Positions 52,295 through 61,940 of a stretch of DNA of 64,000 nt are shown here, one piece after another. The DNA lies in contig JBHJGN010000022.1 in assembly GCA_050331735.1 (NCBI GenBank), positions 64,001 to 128,000 on the forward strand, in the 5' to 3' direction. The position numbers and the translations under genes were made by a program. The notes beneath the pieces were generated by a model that saw nothing but the letters and a program-made list of their open reading frames with translations, did no database searches and had not been told where the DNA came from. Numbering within the stretch: the stretch's first letter is position 1; every line of letters starts with the position of its first letter. The stretch comes from Cyanophyceae cyanobacterium (GTDB lineage Bacteria; Cyanobacteriota; Cyanobacteriia; Cyanobacteriales; JBHJGN01).

Positions 52295-52689
52295 TCAAAC
52301 CGTTGAGGAGTTACTTAAGGTAATAGAGCGCCCGGAGCGAGTAATACGGCCCTTTTGCTCCAGGTGTTTTAAAGCGCGAGAGAGGGTTTCTGGCGTCAGT
52401 CCCAGTTCGGCAGCGATATCCTTAGGAGGAGTGCGAGAGTGACAACATTCTCGTTAGCTCCAGCGAGATACCGTAGGTACTGGTAAACTCGTTGGTGGGC
52501 CTTGCGAATATTTTGTAACTCTAGCCGCATCTTGAGAGCCTGGATTTTCAGAACGAGCCTGATCGTTAGATTTTCTGTTAGGTCTGGGTGTTTGCGGAGG
52601 GCAGAGAGGAAAGCTCGCCTCGGATAAACAATAATTTGCGAATCGCTCTCGGCGATCGCTGTACAGGGATGGACATCAGCAACCAGCGC
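52295..52689 (-). pseudogene. 5'-truncated, frameshifted Crp/Fnr-family regulator
   Basis: PCTAIAESDSQIIVYPRRAFL...RVYQYL, then in another frame KDIAAELGLTPETLSRALKHLEQKGRI (Crp HTH); frameshift near 52430. Confidence 0.75.
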
Positions 52690-52699
52690 TCAGGACTTA

Positions 52700-52918
52700 G
52701 CCGACCATGAAGAGTGGGCCGTTTCTACTATTCATGCGGGCTTAGGCATGAGCGTGATGCCGGTGTGGAACAACGTCGGCGGAATCGCCTACGTGCCGAT
52801 CGCTGGTCTTGATCTCCAGCGCACGGTAGGACTAAAATGGCGAGGGCAGGCCAAGATAGAGCTGATCGAGCAGTTGCGAGCCTTTGCTGCCAAGCTCGCG
52901 TTGTCCTATCAAGAATAA
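52700..52918 (+). pseudogene. C-terminal remnant of a LysR-family regulator
   Basis: ADHEEWAVSTIHAGLGMSVMP...LQRTVGLKWR...IEQLRAF*; no HTH and no start. Confidence 0.65.
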
Positions 52919-52924
52919 GGCGCC

Positions 52925-53647
52925 CTAGGGCCACGACGACTCCTTCAGCGGCAACACCATCATTTCTGCAATCACGGTTTCCTCTGGCTGCGTCAGCAGA
53001 TACACCACTGTTTTCGCCACATTTTGGGGGTCTTGCAGGGTACTGAGGTCAATATCGGGGAACCGCTCTAGGAGAAAGGGAGTGCGCATACCGCCCGCAA
53101 CGAGGGCCGTCACCTTAACATTGTGCGGTCGTCCTTCCACGTGCAGCGCGTGGGAAAACCCGAGCAGCCCCCACTTGCTGGCATGATAGGCCGACGCATT
53201 AGGCCACGCCCGTTTAGCGGCGGTAGAGGCAATATTGATGATGTGCCCGCCGCCCTGCTGCTTCATCTGCGTAAACACCGCCTTAGACATCAGGAAGGGA
53301 CCGTTCAGATTCACCGCAATGATGCGCTCCCACTCTTCTACAGGCATCTCTTCGATCGATATCGTCAGGTCGGTCCCCGCGTTATTAATCAGACCATTGA
53401 CCCGTCCGTACTTCTTGAGAACCTCCTCAACTACCGTACGGACCTGTTCCGGGTTACTGACATCAAGCTGCATCGCGATCGCTTCTCCGCCTGTAGCGGT
53501 GCATTTTTGAGCCACTTGCTCGGCCAACTCTAAACGCAGATCGGCAATAATCGGAATGGCTCCGGCCTCCGCTAAACTGTAGCAGATGGCTTCTCCTAGA
53601 CCTTGGGCGCCACCCGTGACGATCACAACTTTATCTCTTAATTCCAT
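52925..53647 (-). CDS. Short-chain dehydrogenase/reductase
   Basis: TGGAQGLG, NNAG, YHASK. Confidence 0.92.
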   Translation of the reverse strand: MELRDKVVIVTGGAQGLGEAICYSLAEAGAIPIIADLRLELAEQVAQKCTATGGEAIAMQLDVSNPEQVRTVVEEVLKKYGRVNGLINNAGTDLTISIEEMPVEEWERIIAVNLNGPFLMSKAVFTQMKQQGGGHIINIASTAAKRAWPNASAYHASKWGLLGFSHALHVEGRPHNVKVTALVAGGMRTPFLLERFPDIDLSTLQDPQNVAKTVVYLLTQPEETVIAEMMVLPLKESSWP

Positions 53648-53667
53648 CGTTATTCTCCTTGTGTTTT

Positions 53668-55557
53668 CTAGCGATAAGGAAGGGGGAAAGCTTGGGGAAG
53701 CAGCGCAGACGGAGGAACCCGGGCGGCACGGTCGTCATTGATACCAATGAGCTGCTCCTCCACCAGTTCGCACAGCAAATGCAGCACCAGTAGCTGGACT
53801 TCCTGAACGCGCTGCGGATCGGGAACCGGAATGCATACGGCGGTATCGGCTAATCCGCGCAGCTCGCCGCCCTGACCGCCTAGAAGAGCAATGGTAGCCA
53901 GGTTTTGCCCCCGCGCCACCTGAAAAGCGTTGATTAAGTTACGCGATCGCCCGCTGGTGCTAATGCCTACCAGCACGTCTCCCGACTGAGCGAAGGTTCT
54001 CACCTGACGAGCAAAAATATCTTCATAGCTAACATCGTTCGACCAGGCGGTGAGCAAAGCCGTATCGGCGGTGAGGGCGATCGCCGGGAGGCCAGAACGG
54101 TTCGGAAACCGAAACCGCCCGACCAGTTCAGCCGCAAAGTGCTGCGACTCTGCCGCGCTGCCGCCGTTCCCGCAGACGAGCACTTTGCCTCCTTGAGCAA
54201 AGCAGGCACTCAAACAGCGAGCGGCAGAGAGGATGGTGGGAGTCAGAGACGCTTTGGCAGCCTGAAACGCGGCGATGGCCGCCTCAAAACTGCTCTCGAT
54301 CAGCAGCAGTTCGCTCTCTTTAGCGCTGAGCTGTCCTCCGGCTAACACCTCCTCGTAGAGCGCGGCGATGGCGCTGACTACCTTGGACCAGGGAAAATTT
54401 TGCGTGGCGTGACGCAGGGCCTGCTGTCCGAGCAGATGCAGAACAGTGGGATGACGGTAGAGGTAGGCGAGGCGATCGCCCAGCATCTCTGGCTGATGGG
54501 GCGGAATTAAATATCCCGTTTCGCCATCTTTAACGGTAAACTTAATCCCGCCTACGTTGGAGCCAATCACGGGCGTACCGCAGGCCATTGCCTCCACCGG
54601 AGTAATGCCAAACGGTTCGTACCAGGGAGTGGTCACAAACACGTCAGCAGCACTGTAGAAGTACTTAAGAATTTCCCGCCCGCGACGACCGATAAACGTC
54701 ACGTGCTCCGCTACTCCAGCCGCAGCCGCCAGCTCCTGGAGGCGACCGATTTCATCGGCCTGATTGAGCGCAAGCTGAGATTCTCCCCCCACGATGAGCA
54801 GTTTGGCCTCGATGCGGTGCTGATAGAGCAGATGAGCAAACCCCAAAATCGCGTTATCCACGCCTTTGCGCGGAACCATCCGTCCGAGCTGGAGGATCAG
54901 GGGCTCGTCGGTCAATCCAAGCGTGGCTCTGGCCTGGGCTTTGTTGATTTTCCAAAACTCCGTCGGATCGAAGCCGCAGGGAATCACGCTAATTTTCTGC
55001 GGCTCAGCCCCGTAAAGCTCAATTAAATCTTCTCGATCTTGGGGACACTCGGCAATGAGGCGCTCGGCCTCGCGCACAATGCGATCTTCGATGGCAAAGC
55101 GCTCGTCGGGAAAGCGGTCAGCTTTGCCCTGGTGGAGACGACGAACTCGGCCCAAGGCGTGGAACGTCACTACGAAGGGGAGCTGCCGCTGTTGCTTGAC
55201 CTCCATTGCCACCAGCGCCGACATCCAAAAGTTCGCATGAATCAGGTCGTACGGACGCTTGTCAAGGCAGTCGAGGAGGTAAGCTGTAAACGCGCCCATG
55301 TAAGGCAGCAATTCCTCTTTGCACAGGTAAACAGCCGGACCTGCTGGCACGTGAATAATTCGGACACCGTTATGCCATTCCACCACTTCCGGCAGTGACG
55401 GGCGATCGCGCCGGGTGAATACGTCTACGCTGTAGCCAATGGCGGCTAAATGTTTGGCAACCTGCCCGACATAAACATTTTGACCGCCGCTATCAACTCC
55501 TCCAAAGATCCCAAGAGGACTGGCATGTTCGCTAATGAGGGCAATCTGTTTGGTCAT
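53668..55557 (-). CDS. GT4 (MshA-like) glycosyltransferase fused to GmhA-like phosphoheptose isomerase (SIS)
   Basis: DSGGQNVYV, YEPFGITPVEAMACG; CGNGGSAAESQHFAAEL, ISTSGRS, RVQE..LHLLCE. Confidence 0.9.
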   Translation of the reverse strand: MTKQIALISEHASPLGIFGGVDSGGQNVYVGQVAKHLAAIGYSVDVFTRRDRPSLPEVVEWHNGVRIIHVPAGPAVYLCKEELLPYMGAFTAYLLDCLDKRPYDLIHANFWMSALVAMEVKQQRQLPFVVTFHALGRVRRLHQGKADRFPDERFAIEDRIVREAERLIAECPQDREDLIELYGAEPQKISVIPCGFDPTEFWKINKAQARATLGLTDEPLILQLGRMVPRKGVDNAILGFAHLLYQHRIEAKLLIVGGESQLALNQADEIGRLQELAAAAGVAEHVTFIGRRGREILKYFYSAADVFVTTPWYEPFGITPVEAMACGTPVIGSNVGGIKFTVKDGETGYLIPPHQPEMLGDRLAYLYRHPTVLHLLGQQALRHATQNFPWSKVVSAIAALYEEVLAGGQLSAKESELLLIESSFEAAIAAFQAAKASLTPTILSAARCLSACFAQGGKVLVCGNGGSAAESQHFAAELVGRFRFPNRSGLPAIALTADTALLTAWSNDVSYEDIFARQVRTFAQSGDVLVGISTSGRSRNLINAFQVARGQNLATIALLGGQGGELRGLADTAVCIPVPDPQRVQEVQLLVLHLLCELVEEQLIGINDDRAARVPPSALLPQAFPLPYR

Positions 55558-55567
55558 TGTTGAGCCT

Positions 55568-56545
55568 TCAATCTTTGGGAGTCTGGAGTTTTACACTGGG
55601 GGAGCGAGCCACTGCCGCTGCGAATACTCGGTTCCAGTCGTCAATAAATCGTTGGATATTAAATCGCTGCTGCGCCTGCCGTTTCGCCCCGGCACTTAAA
55701 GACAAAGCCAGGGAGCGATCGCCAATCAGCTTATGCATATACTCGATTAAAGCATTCACGTCGGTACTCACGTAGCCAGATACGCCATTGTCCACCACCG
55801 TGACTAACTCAGTGGTTGCCAGCCCGACCAGCGGCAGGCCGACCAACATCGCTTCGCACACCGCTAGCCCCAGGCTAGTGTAGCGGACCGGATGAAAGAA
55901 GAAGCGGTAGCGAGACATCAAAGCTGGCAGATCTTGATGGGGCACTTCCCCCAGTCCGCCGAGAGATTCCGCATCCATCCCCACTAAATCCAAGGGAACT
56001 GCCGCGCGGACCTGCTCAAACACGTCTGCTCCGAGCCGTCGTCCGCGCGTCCGCAAGCCATTGACAACCACCAGTCCCCGCGCCAATTCACCGGTATAGT
56101 TGACTGGGGGAACGAGTACGCCGTGGTCGATAACGCAGGTGGGCGTGGCCCCATTATCCCACATCAACTCGTTGAAGTGAGTGACGTGGACCAGCAGCAC
56201 GTTCGGGTCGTTCACCGGATGCTTAGTGTTGGTTGGCTGTTCCTGGGGCGGATCGTGTTCGAGATAGAGACGCGGTAGCTGTCGCTGAGACTCCGCTAAA
56301 ATTTCGTACTGATCCTGGAGATAGTTGCGGCGGGACTGAAACAGAATACAGTCAAATTCTTGGTGCCGCACCTGCTCAGCCGGAATATCGCGCACGTTGT
56401 CTCCCCAGGGAAAGTTGGGCAACCGTCCGCCGTAGCCCTCTGGTGTGCCCGCCTTCACGGGCAAGTAGAACTCATGGGGAGTCTGAGTCAAGTAGTAGAG
56501 ATAGCTGCCGTGGACGTGCCAGGTCAAAATTTTCAATGGTCGCAT
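55568..56545 (-). CDS. GT4-family glycosyltransferase
   Basis: WHVHGSYL, RYTSLGLAVCEAM, DNGVSGY. Confidence 0.85.
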   Translation of the reverse strand: MRPLKILTWHVHGSYLYYLTQTPHEFYLPVKAGTPEGYGGRLPNFPWGDNVRDIPAEQVRHQEFDCILFQSRRNYLQDQYEILAESQRQLPRLYLEHDPPQEQPTNTKHPVNDPNVLLVHVTHFNELMWDNGATPTCVIDHGVLVPPVNYTGELARGLVVVNGLRTRGRRLGADVFEQVRAAVPLDLVGMDAESLGGLGEVPHQDLPALMSRYRFFFHPVRYTSLGLAVCEAMLVGLPLVGLATTELVTVVDNGVSGYVSTDVNALIEYMHKLIGDRSLALSLSAGAKRQAQQRFNIQRFIDDWNRVFAAAVARSPSVKLQTPKD

Positions 56546-57033
56546 AACGAAGGAAGAACCGCTAATACTAAGTCAAGATAGGGGTGATGGGGACTATCTT
56601 CCGGAGGAGAAATCGGGGTGGTGAGGACACCACCACCAAATTCCTGAGCAAGTCCGATGCGAATGGGCACTCCCGCCAGGTAGCAGAGGTAGGCCAAAGG
56701 ATAGGGAGACTGGTGACGGCAGGTCAAGATGATGGCTGCCTCTAGCTGCGCTGAGCGGAGCGTTTTAATTAGATGTCGCGTGGGTTGAGCATCATTCCAG
56801 ACTGGGTAGGTCCACACCCGCTCGACTAGCGGCAGCGGTACGGCCTCCGCCGCTAATACCACGATCACCGTTGCGGGCAAAGCGTTGCGCAGCCGCTCTA
56901 GAGCCAATTTGATGGCTGGCTCTGGCCGACCAACGCAGGCCACTAACAGGTGACGGACCTTAGTTAAGGGAGCCTGCGACGCGGCTAAACCCATACCCCC
57001 GTCTGCCTGCTGCCGGTCTTCTCGCTCACGCAT
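56533..57033 (-). CDS. Short GT9-like protein (N-terminal half only)
   Basis: QSPYPLAYLCYLAGVPIRIG..EFGGGVLT resembles a GT9 N-terminal domain. Confidence 0.6.
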   Translation of the reverse strand: MREREDRQQADGGMGLAASQAPLTKVRHLLVACVGRPEPAIKLALERLRNALPATVIVVLAAEAVPLPLVERVWTYPVWNDAQPTRHLIKTLRSAQLEAAIILTCRHQSPYPLAYLCYLAGVPIRIGLAQEFGGGVLTTPISPPEDSPHHPYLDLVLAVLPSLCDH

Positions 57034-58003
57034 AGACCTCCTCCAGCAGATGAGCAGCAGCCGTCAGCACCGCCTGGAGACTTGCCGCCTCTTTAAGAAT
57101 GACGCGATGGCGCTGACGGTTTAGCGGAGACCAGCGGCGCGGATCTGAATCAGAAAAGATGACCACGCTGTTGACCTCAAGAGCAGCCGCTAAATGAGAG
57201 ACTCCAGTATCGTTGCAAACTAAGAGGGCCGCTTGCTGGAGCAGCGCTGCTAACGCTCCTAAAGATGTACGACCGGCCAAATCGAGCGCGGAACACTGCA
57301 TCGCCTGCGCCACCGTCTGCGTCAACTCTCGCTCGGCAGCGGTTCCGGTCAACACAATCTGATAGCCCCTCCGAGCTAGCGCATCCGCTACGCTAGCAAA
57401 GCCCAAAGGCGACCAGCGACGCGCTGCAACGCTGGCTCCCGGATGAACGCAGACGTAGGGCTGTTGCGGTCGCTCCAAGGAGGCTAGCTCTTCCCAGTCC
57501 GCCTTCTTTAAGGGAAATTCCAGCTCTTCCCCCTGAAGAGGAACTCCTAAGAACTCCAGGAGTCTGAGATGCCGCCGCACTTCTGGCTCGGCTTCTGGGT
57601 ACGGTAAGAACCGTTGGCTGTCTGGGCAATACTGTCCGGGCAGAAAAAAACCAGCGTTTGCTTTAGCCCCGAGAAGAACCGTGAAGAGATTGCTAATGGC
57701 ACCGCTACCGTGCATTTGCATCGCCCAATCGAAGGGGACTTCCTGAACTTGGGCCAGAAACTGACTAACTCGATCCGGGGAAGACCATCCTTCAGGAATA
57801 CCAGGAAAGCCAGGAAACTCCAACCAGTCATCGATGTAGTGGCGAAAGCGCTCGACAAAACCGGCTGCCCAAGGCAGTCCAATCAGCGTAATACGTGCGG
57901 TTGGCTGAGCGTTTCGCAGCGCTCGTAAGGCGGGAACGACACAGAGGAGGTCTCCCAGCCCCGGCAAAGCTCGCACAATCGCAATTCGCGGTTCTGATTT
58001 CAA
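57026..58003 (-). CDS. GT9 (heptosyltransferase-like) glycosyltransferase
   Basis: GLGDLLC..PALRAL, HPGAS..RRW, NDTGVSHLAAA. Confidence 0.9.
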   Translation of the reverse strand: MKSEPRIAIVRALPGLGDLLCVVPALRALRNAQPTARITLIGLPWAAGFVERFRHYIDDWLEFPGFPGIPEGWSSPDRVSQFLAQVQEVPFDWAMQMHGSGAISNLFTVLLGAKANAGFFLPGQYCPDSQRFLPYPEAEPEVRRHLRLLEFLGVPLQGEELEFPLKKADWEELASLERPQQPYVCVHPGASVAARRWSPLGFASVADALARRGYQIVLTGTAAERELTQTVAQAMQCSALDLAGRTSLGALAALLQQAALLVCNDTGVSHLAAALEVNSVVIFSDSDPRRWSPLNRQRHRVILKEAASLQAVLTAAAHLLEEVYA

Positions 58004-58063
58004 GGGTTCTCACTTTGATTCGCTTGCGTCTCGCTATATTAGTATGTCTGTACCATTAATACA

Positions 58064-58122
58064 TCAGGCAAGTGCCCAAAGAGACGGGGCGTGATGTCGT
58101 TTTTAGTTGGGCAATTGCCCAA
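58064..58122. promoter_or_regulatory. Candidate operators upstream of the GT9 operon
   Basis: Perfect palindrome TTGGGCAATTGCCCAA (58107-58122) and related TCAGGCAAGTGCCCAA (58064-58079). Confidence 0.6.
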
Positions 58123-58508
58123 TCTTGACCCAGAAAAGGAAAGATTGGTGAGAGAAACTCCGCCGTTTCCCGATGGGTCTTTCTCTCACTGCATGAATCA
58201 AAGGCTGTTGGGAGCGCGATCGCGCTCCCGGAAGCTAGCAAGCTCTCGGTATCTTCACTTTTCTAAAGTAGTATCTCTTCAGATTGGCTTTAAAGCTGAA
58301 AAATCCTCTAAAATCTGGTCCAACAGACAGACTCCCAAGCGTCTACCGTTGGGAGTCTTTTCTTAAACGCTCAAGAATAAACCCCCAGATAGAGTATCTG
58401 AGGGGGAAAGTTGCTCTTTAGAGGCTGCGTTAATCAGGTTATCAGTTAGCCTGCGGTTAACGCTGCTATTTATAAGTTACAGGAACGATGTAAAAAATGA
58501 GGTAAGAT

Positions 58509-59636
58509 TTAGTCGCGGGGGCGCGGAACGAACAGTCGCGGTCTCTGCGGTTGAGAGACTACTGTTTGCCAAATCTGCTCGATCTGAGCGGCCATCTGTT
58601 GAGCCGTCAAAGACGCTGCCGCGATCACCCGACCGCGTTGCCCAAAGCGCTGGCGCAGTTCCGGGCTGTGCAGCCGACGCAGCGCCGCCACCAAGCCATC
58701 GACATCGTTTTTGTCGATTAAGATACCCGTTTCCCCATCTACCACCGCTTCCGCCATGCTGCCAACGCGGGTGGCAATCACCGGACGAGCCGCTAGCATC
58801 GCTTCGACAACGGTGAGGGGAAAGCCTTCAGAACGAGAAGGCTGCACAACCACATCAAACTGAGGCAAAACCTCCCGCGGAGTCTCCACCCAGCCCCGGA
58901 GCTCGACGCGATCGCTTACTCCCAGTTCGCAGGCTAGCTGCTCTAGCTTCTGGCGGTAGGCTCCCTCTCCCAAAATCACGGCCCGCACTTCCTGCATCTG
59001 AGCGATCGCCCGCAGCAAAACGTCATGGGCCTTCATCGGATCGAGTCTGCCAATGCTGCCGATCACAAGCTGGTCCCGATGACACGGCAGCGGCGCAGCG
59101 CCCAGATCCGGAACTCCGTTCGGCACCGACAGCACCGCACCGCGACCCAGAGCATAAAAATCCTCCATCAGCTTCGCGCTCGTCTGGCCCACCGAAACAT
59201 GAGCATCGACGCGGAGACAGAGCCAGCGAGTTGGCAGCCACGTCCGCAGCTCGGTGGTGCGCAGCGGTAGCTGATCGACCCGCACCACCCGAGAGTGAGG
59301 CAGCATCAGAGCCGCGGTTAACCCCGTCATCCCAGCCCAGGGCGCACAGAGATTGACATGCACCACGTCCGGTTTTAACGGGGATAGGGCCTGCCAGTGG
59401 GCGACTAAGCCCCCAAGACCCCGCTCTGGCAGCACGATCCTGTTCGCCTGGGGTCTGCGGGCGGCGATCGCCTCGACGACCTTCTCAGACGTACCGAGAA
59501 CCGTCAGTTCGATTTCCGGCGAGACGAATGCAACGAGGTGACCAAGGCTAATTTCGGCTCCCCCAATGCCGGCAGAGTCTGTGTAAACAACGACTTTTGT
59601 TAGGGGTGGATGGCTGATGGTCGATGGTCCCCTCAC
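58509..59636 (-). CDS. GT4-family glycosyltransferase
   Basis: GGAE, GRLDPMKAH, SEGFPLTVVEAM; probable GTG start overlapping the upstream TGA. Confidence 0.88.
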   Translation of the reverse strand: MRGPSTISHPPLTKVVVYTDSAGIGGAEISLGHLVAFVSPEIELTVLGTSEKVVEAIAARRPQANRIVLPERGLGGLVAHWQALSPLKPDVVHVNLCAPWAGMTGLTAALMLPHSRVVRVDQLPLRTTELRTWLPTRWLCLRVDAHVSVGQTSAKLMEDFYALGRGAVLSVPNGVPDLGAAPLPCHRDQLVIGSIGRLDPMKAHDVLLRAIAQMQEVRAVILGEGAYRQKLEQLACELGVSDRVELRGWVETPREVLPQFDVVVQPSRSEGFPLTVVEAMLAARPVIATRVGSMAEAVVDGETGILIDKNDVDGLVAALRRLHSPELRQRFGQRGRVIAAASLTAQQMAAQIEQIWQTVVSQPQRPRLFVPRPRD

Positions 59637-60862
59637 GATTGCTGCCCATTCGTCTCGATTGGCGGAGAGGCGCTCTCCTCGACTGCTTCCGTCAGAACGA
59701 GCGGCTCGGCAGTTTGAGCCCCGCACCGCAGCAGCAGAGCTAACCGCATTTGCACAGCATCATCGAAACAGCGCGGATTCAGTCCGGTAAGGGAAGCCAC
59801 TTTTTCAAGACGATAGGAGAGGGTATTACGATGCACAGACAGTCGTTTGGCAGTCGCTGACGGGCAGCAGTCTTGCTCAAAAAATACTGTCAAAGTCTCC
59901 AACAGCTCTGGCTCGCAGTCTAGAGGACTGAGAAGGTGAGTCGCCAGCTCAATTTTAGTCTGCTCGTCGCTTAAACAAACAAAGACGGCAATGCCAAGCT
60001 GATCTAAGCAGTAGACCTGATTGCGTCCGCTGAAGCGATGTCCTAAAGCAAGAGCGGCCCGAGCATCTTGGTAGGAGCGGGCTAAGCCCCGAATTCCAGG
60101 ATGATAGCGACCAATGCCAATGCTAATCGGGGTGGCAGTATCAGAGCGTAACCGCCGCAGCAGAGCATCAGCCGCTCTTTTTAACGCCGTTAAATTCGCC
60201 CAAGCAGACGGCGGTTCGGAAAAATCCTGCGCCCACTCGCCCAGGTTTTGGGTATTGCTGGCTTTTAAAACCGCCACTTGGCCGTTCTTTAAATCGGCAC
60301 AAATCGTATCGTCGGGGAGGTGAAAGAAGTTGACAATGGTGCCAATAATGAGCTGAGCTCGTCGGTGTCGGCGATCGCCTGCCTCTTCTTTGAGCAGATA
60401 GTCCGCCGCATCCACCAGAATCACCGCCCGAGGAGGCATCAGATTTAGATTGAGCAGTTTTGCTTGCCGAAAAACCTGCTCTTCGTCGGGGGAGTTGCCG
60501 TGAAGCAGATCGTAAATAAACTGCTCTTTAAGCGACTGACGATTGGGCAACCGTTCAAGCATGGTCGTTTGACTAATGACTAACTCGATCAAAACTCGCG
60601 CTAGCCGGGGAGAGATCACCTCCCCATTGGTCGGTTGACCCACAACGACTGTTCCCCACTGATTGCCAATTTGGAGCGGCACTTGCAGATACTGAGTCTG
60701 TCTGTTTCCGACTCGAAATGTCCCCCCAAGCTGTTTATCACTGCTGGCCACCACCATCCCCTGGTGATCGAGCGCAAACGCCCGAGCATGCAATAGCTCG
60801 GAAACTCGACCGACAATGGCATGAGCGGTTTTAGCCTCTTGAATACTAACAAGCGATCGCAT
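59633..60862 (-). CDS. CdaR/PucR-family transcriptional regulator
   Basis: N-terminal sugar-diacid-recognition-like region; C-terminal TAKRLSVHRNTLSYRL HTH. Confidence 0.9.
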   Translation of the reverse strand: MRSLVSIQEAKTAHAIVGRVSELLHARAFALDHQGMVVASSDKQLGGTFRVGNRQTQYLQVPLQIGNQWGTVVVGQPTNGEVISPRLARVLIELVISQTTMLERLPNRQSLKEQFIYDLLHGNSPDEEQVFRQAKLLNLNLMPPRAVILVDAADYLLKEEAGDRRHRRAQLIIGTIVNFFHLPDDTICADLKNGQVAVLKASNTQNLGEWAQDFSEPPSAWANLTALKRAADALLRRLRSDTATPISIGIGRYHPGIRGLARSYQDARAALALGHRFSGRNQVYCLDQLGIAVFVCLSDEQTKIELATHLLSPLDCEPELLETLTVFFEQDCCPSATAKRLSVHRNTLSYRLEKVASLTGLNPRCFDDAVQMRLALLLRCGAQTAEPLVLTEAVEESASPPIETNGQQS

Positions 60863-61080
60863 TCATCCAATTCCCGTTACTGCCGATATCTGCTCTACCA
60901 CTAGCAAAGAGCCTATCATAGCAAGCTTTAAGCCGTGTCTCGTCATCAGTTGCTCATCTTCTCTCTCTTTTAGAGTAAAAATACCCAGCACAGATTCGAC
61001 CTAAAGATAGAGAACAAGGCTAGCCACTTTCTGTAATGTAGTAAATGAAAGATGTCAAGCGATCGAAAAAAAAATTAACC

Positions 61081-61278
61081 ATGCAACAGACACCAGAAAC
61101 TCACTACGAACAGCAATCCGAGCGCAAGTACGGCGAATTCGCCACCAAATTCCAGTTTGGTTCCAACCCCAGCGCTGAAGTCTGGAACGGCAGACTAGCC
61201 ATGATCGGTTTTCTCGGTGCCCTCATCGTCGAGCTAACCACCGGACAGGGCTTCTTCCACTGGCTTGGCTTAATCTAA
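61081..61278 (+). CDS. High-light-inducible protein (Hli/Scp)
   Basis: [13 protein letters not shown] chlorophyll-binding motif. Confidence 0.93.
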   Translation: MQQTPETHYEQQSERKYGEFATKFQFGSNPSAEVWNGRLAMIGFLGALIVELTTGQGFFHWLGLI

Positions 61279-61496
61279 GCTGTACTGGCTCTAGTAGATC
61301 CAGCCACGCCTTCAGAATCAGACTGGCAGCAAGCCTAAGACAACAACGAATCAGCAATCATTCTTTTGATACAGACGATCTTTAGCTTTAAGGCTAAAGG
61401 TCGTCTATTTTCATGTTTTTTCTATCCGACTCCAGAACGAGACGGGTTTCACGGTGAAAAGCTATCCTAGACAAAATGTGGAACTCAGTAATCGCC

Positions 61497-61727
61497 ATGT
61501 CTAACAACGCGGTCGAAGTGTGCCCCGTCTGCGGTGTCAAAATCGTCAAAATGCTTGGGGGAGATAAAGTTCTCTTTTCCGCTGGTCCTCCTGGCGATAG
61601 AGCCAAACTATGGACAAGAGTGTGCAGCTATGCTCAAAAACCGGGCTGCATCAACAAAGATTACGGCAACAACAGTTCTGCCACCGCACCTCCGCTAAGG
61701 TCATCCTTGTTTGGGAAAGCGCCGTAG
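61497..61727 (+). CDS. Small Cys-rich (putative metal-binding) protein
   Basis: CPVC...RVC...GCIN. Confidence 0.65.
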   Translation: MSNNAVEVCPVCGVKIVKMLGGDKVLFSAGPPGDRAKLWTRVCSYAQKPGCINKDYGNNSSATAPPLRSSLFGKAP

Positions 61728-61940
61728 GCGCGGGGGAACGGGGAAATAGTTCCTATCGGAACGGGGAAAGGGGAAGGGGGAAAGGGGAAAGGGAATAATT
61801 TATCTTCTTATCCTCACTACCAGAAAAAGACGGGCATTTTGCCCGCCTCGGCTGCTGATTCTAGCGAAAGCAGTCCCCCTTTCCCATTTTCCCGTTGCGG
61901 AGCAACTTTACCCTTTACCCTTTCCCCGTCGCACAGCGAC
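61719..61940. repeat. Inverted pair of heptamer/mini-hairpin tracts between convergent genes
   Basis: GCGCC-GTA-GGCGC, GTTCC-TATC-GGAAC, GTTGC-GGA-GCAAC, GTCGC-ACA-GCGAC. Confidence 0.75.

Noticed and set aside
58056..58366. Short ORFs between the glycosyltransferases
   Set aside because: No protein-like features; overlap operators and hairpins
59637..59726. Upstream extension of the GT4 ORF
   Set aside because: Overlaps the CdaR coding sequence; the GTGA-coupled start is preferred
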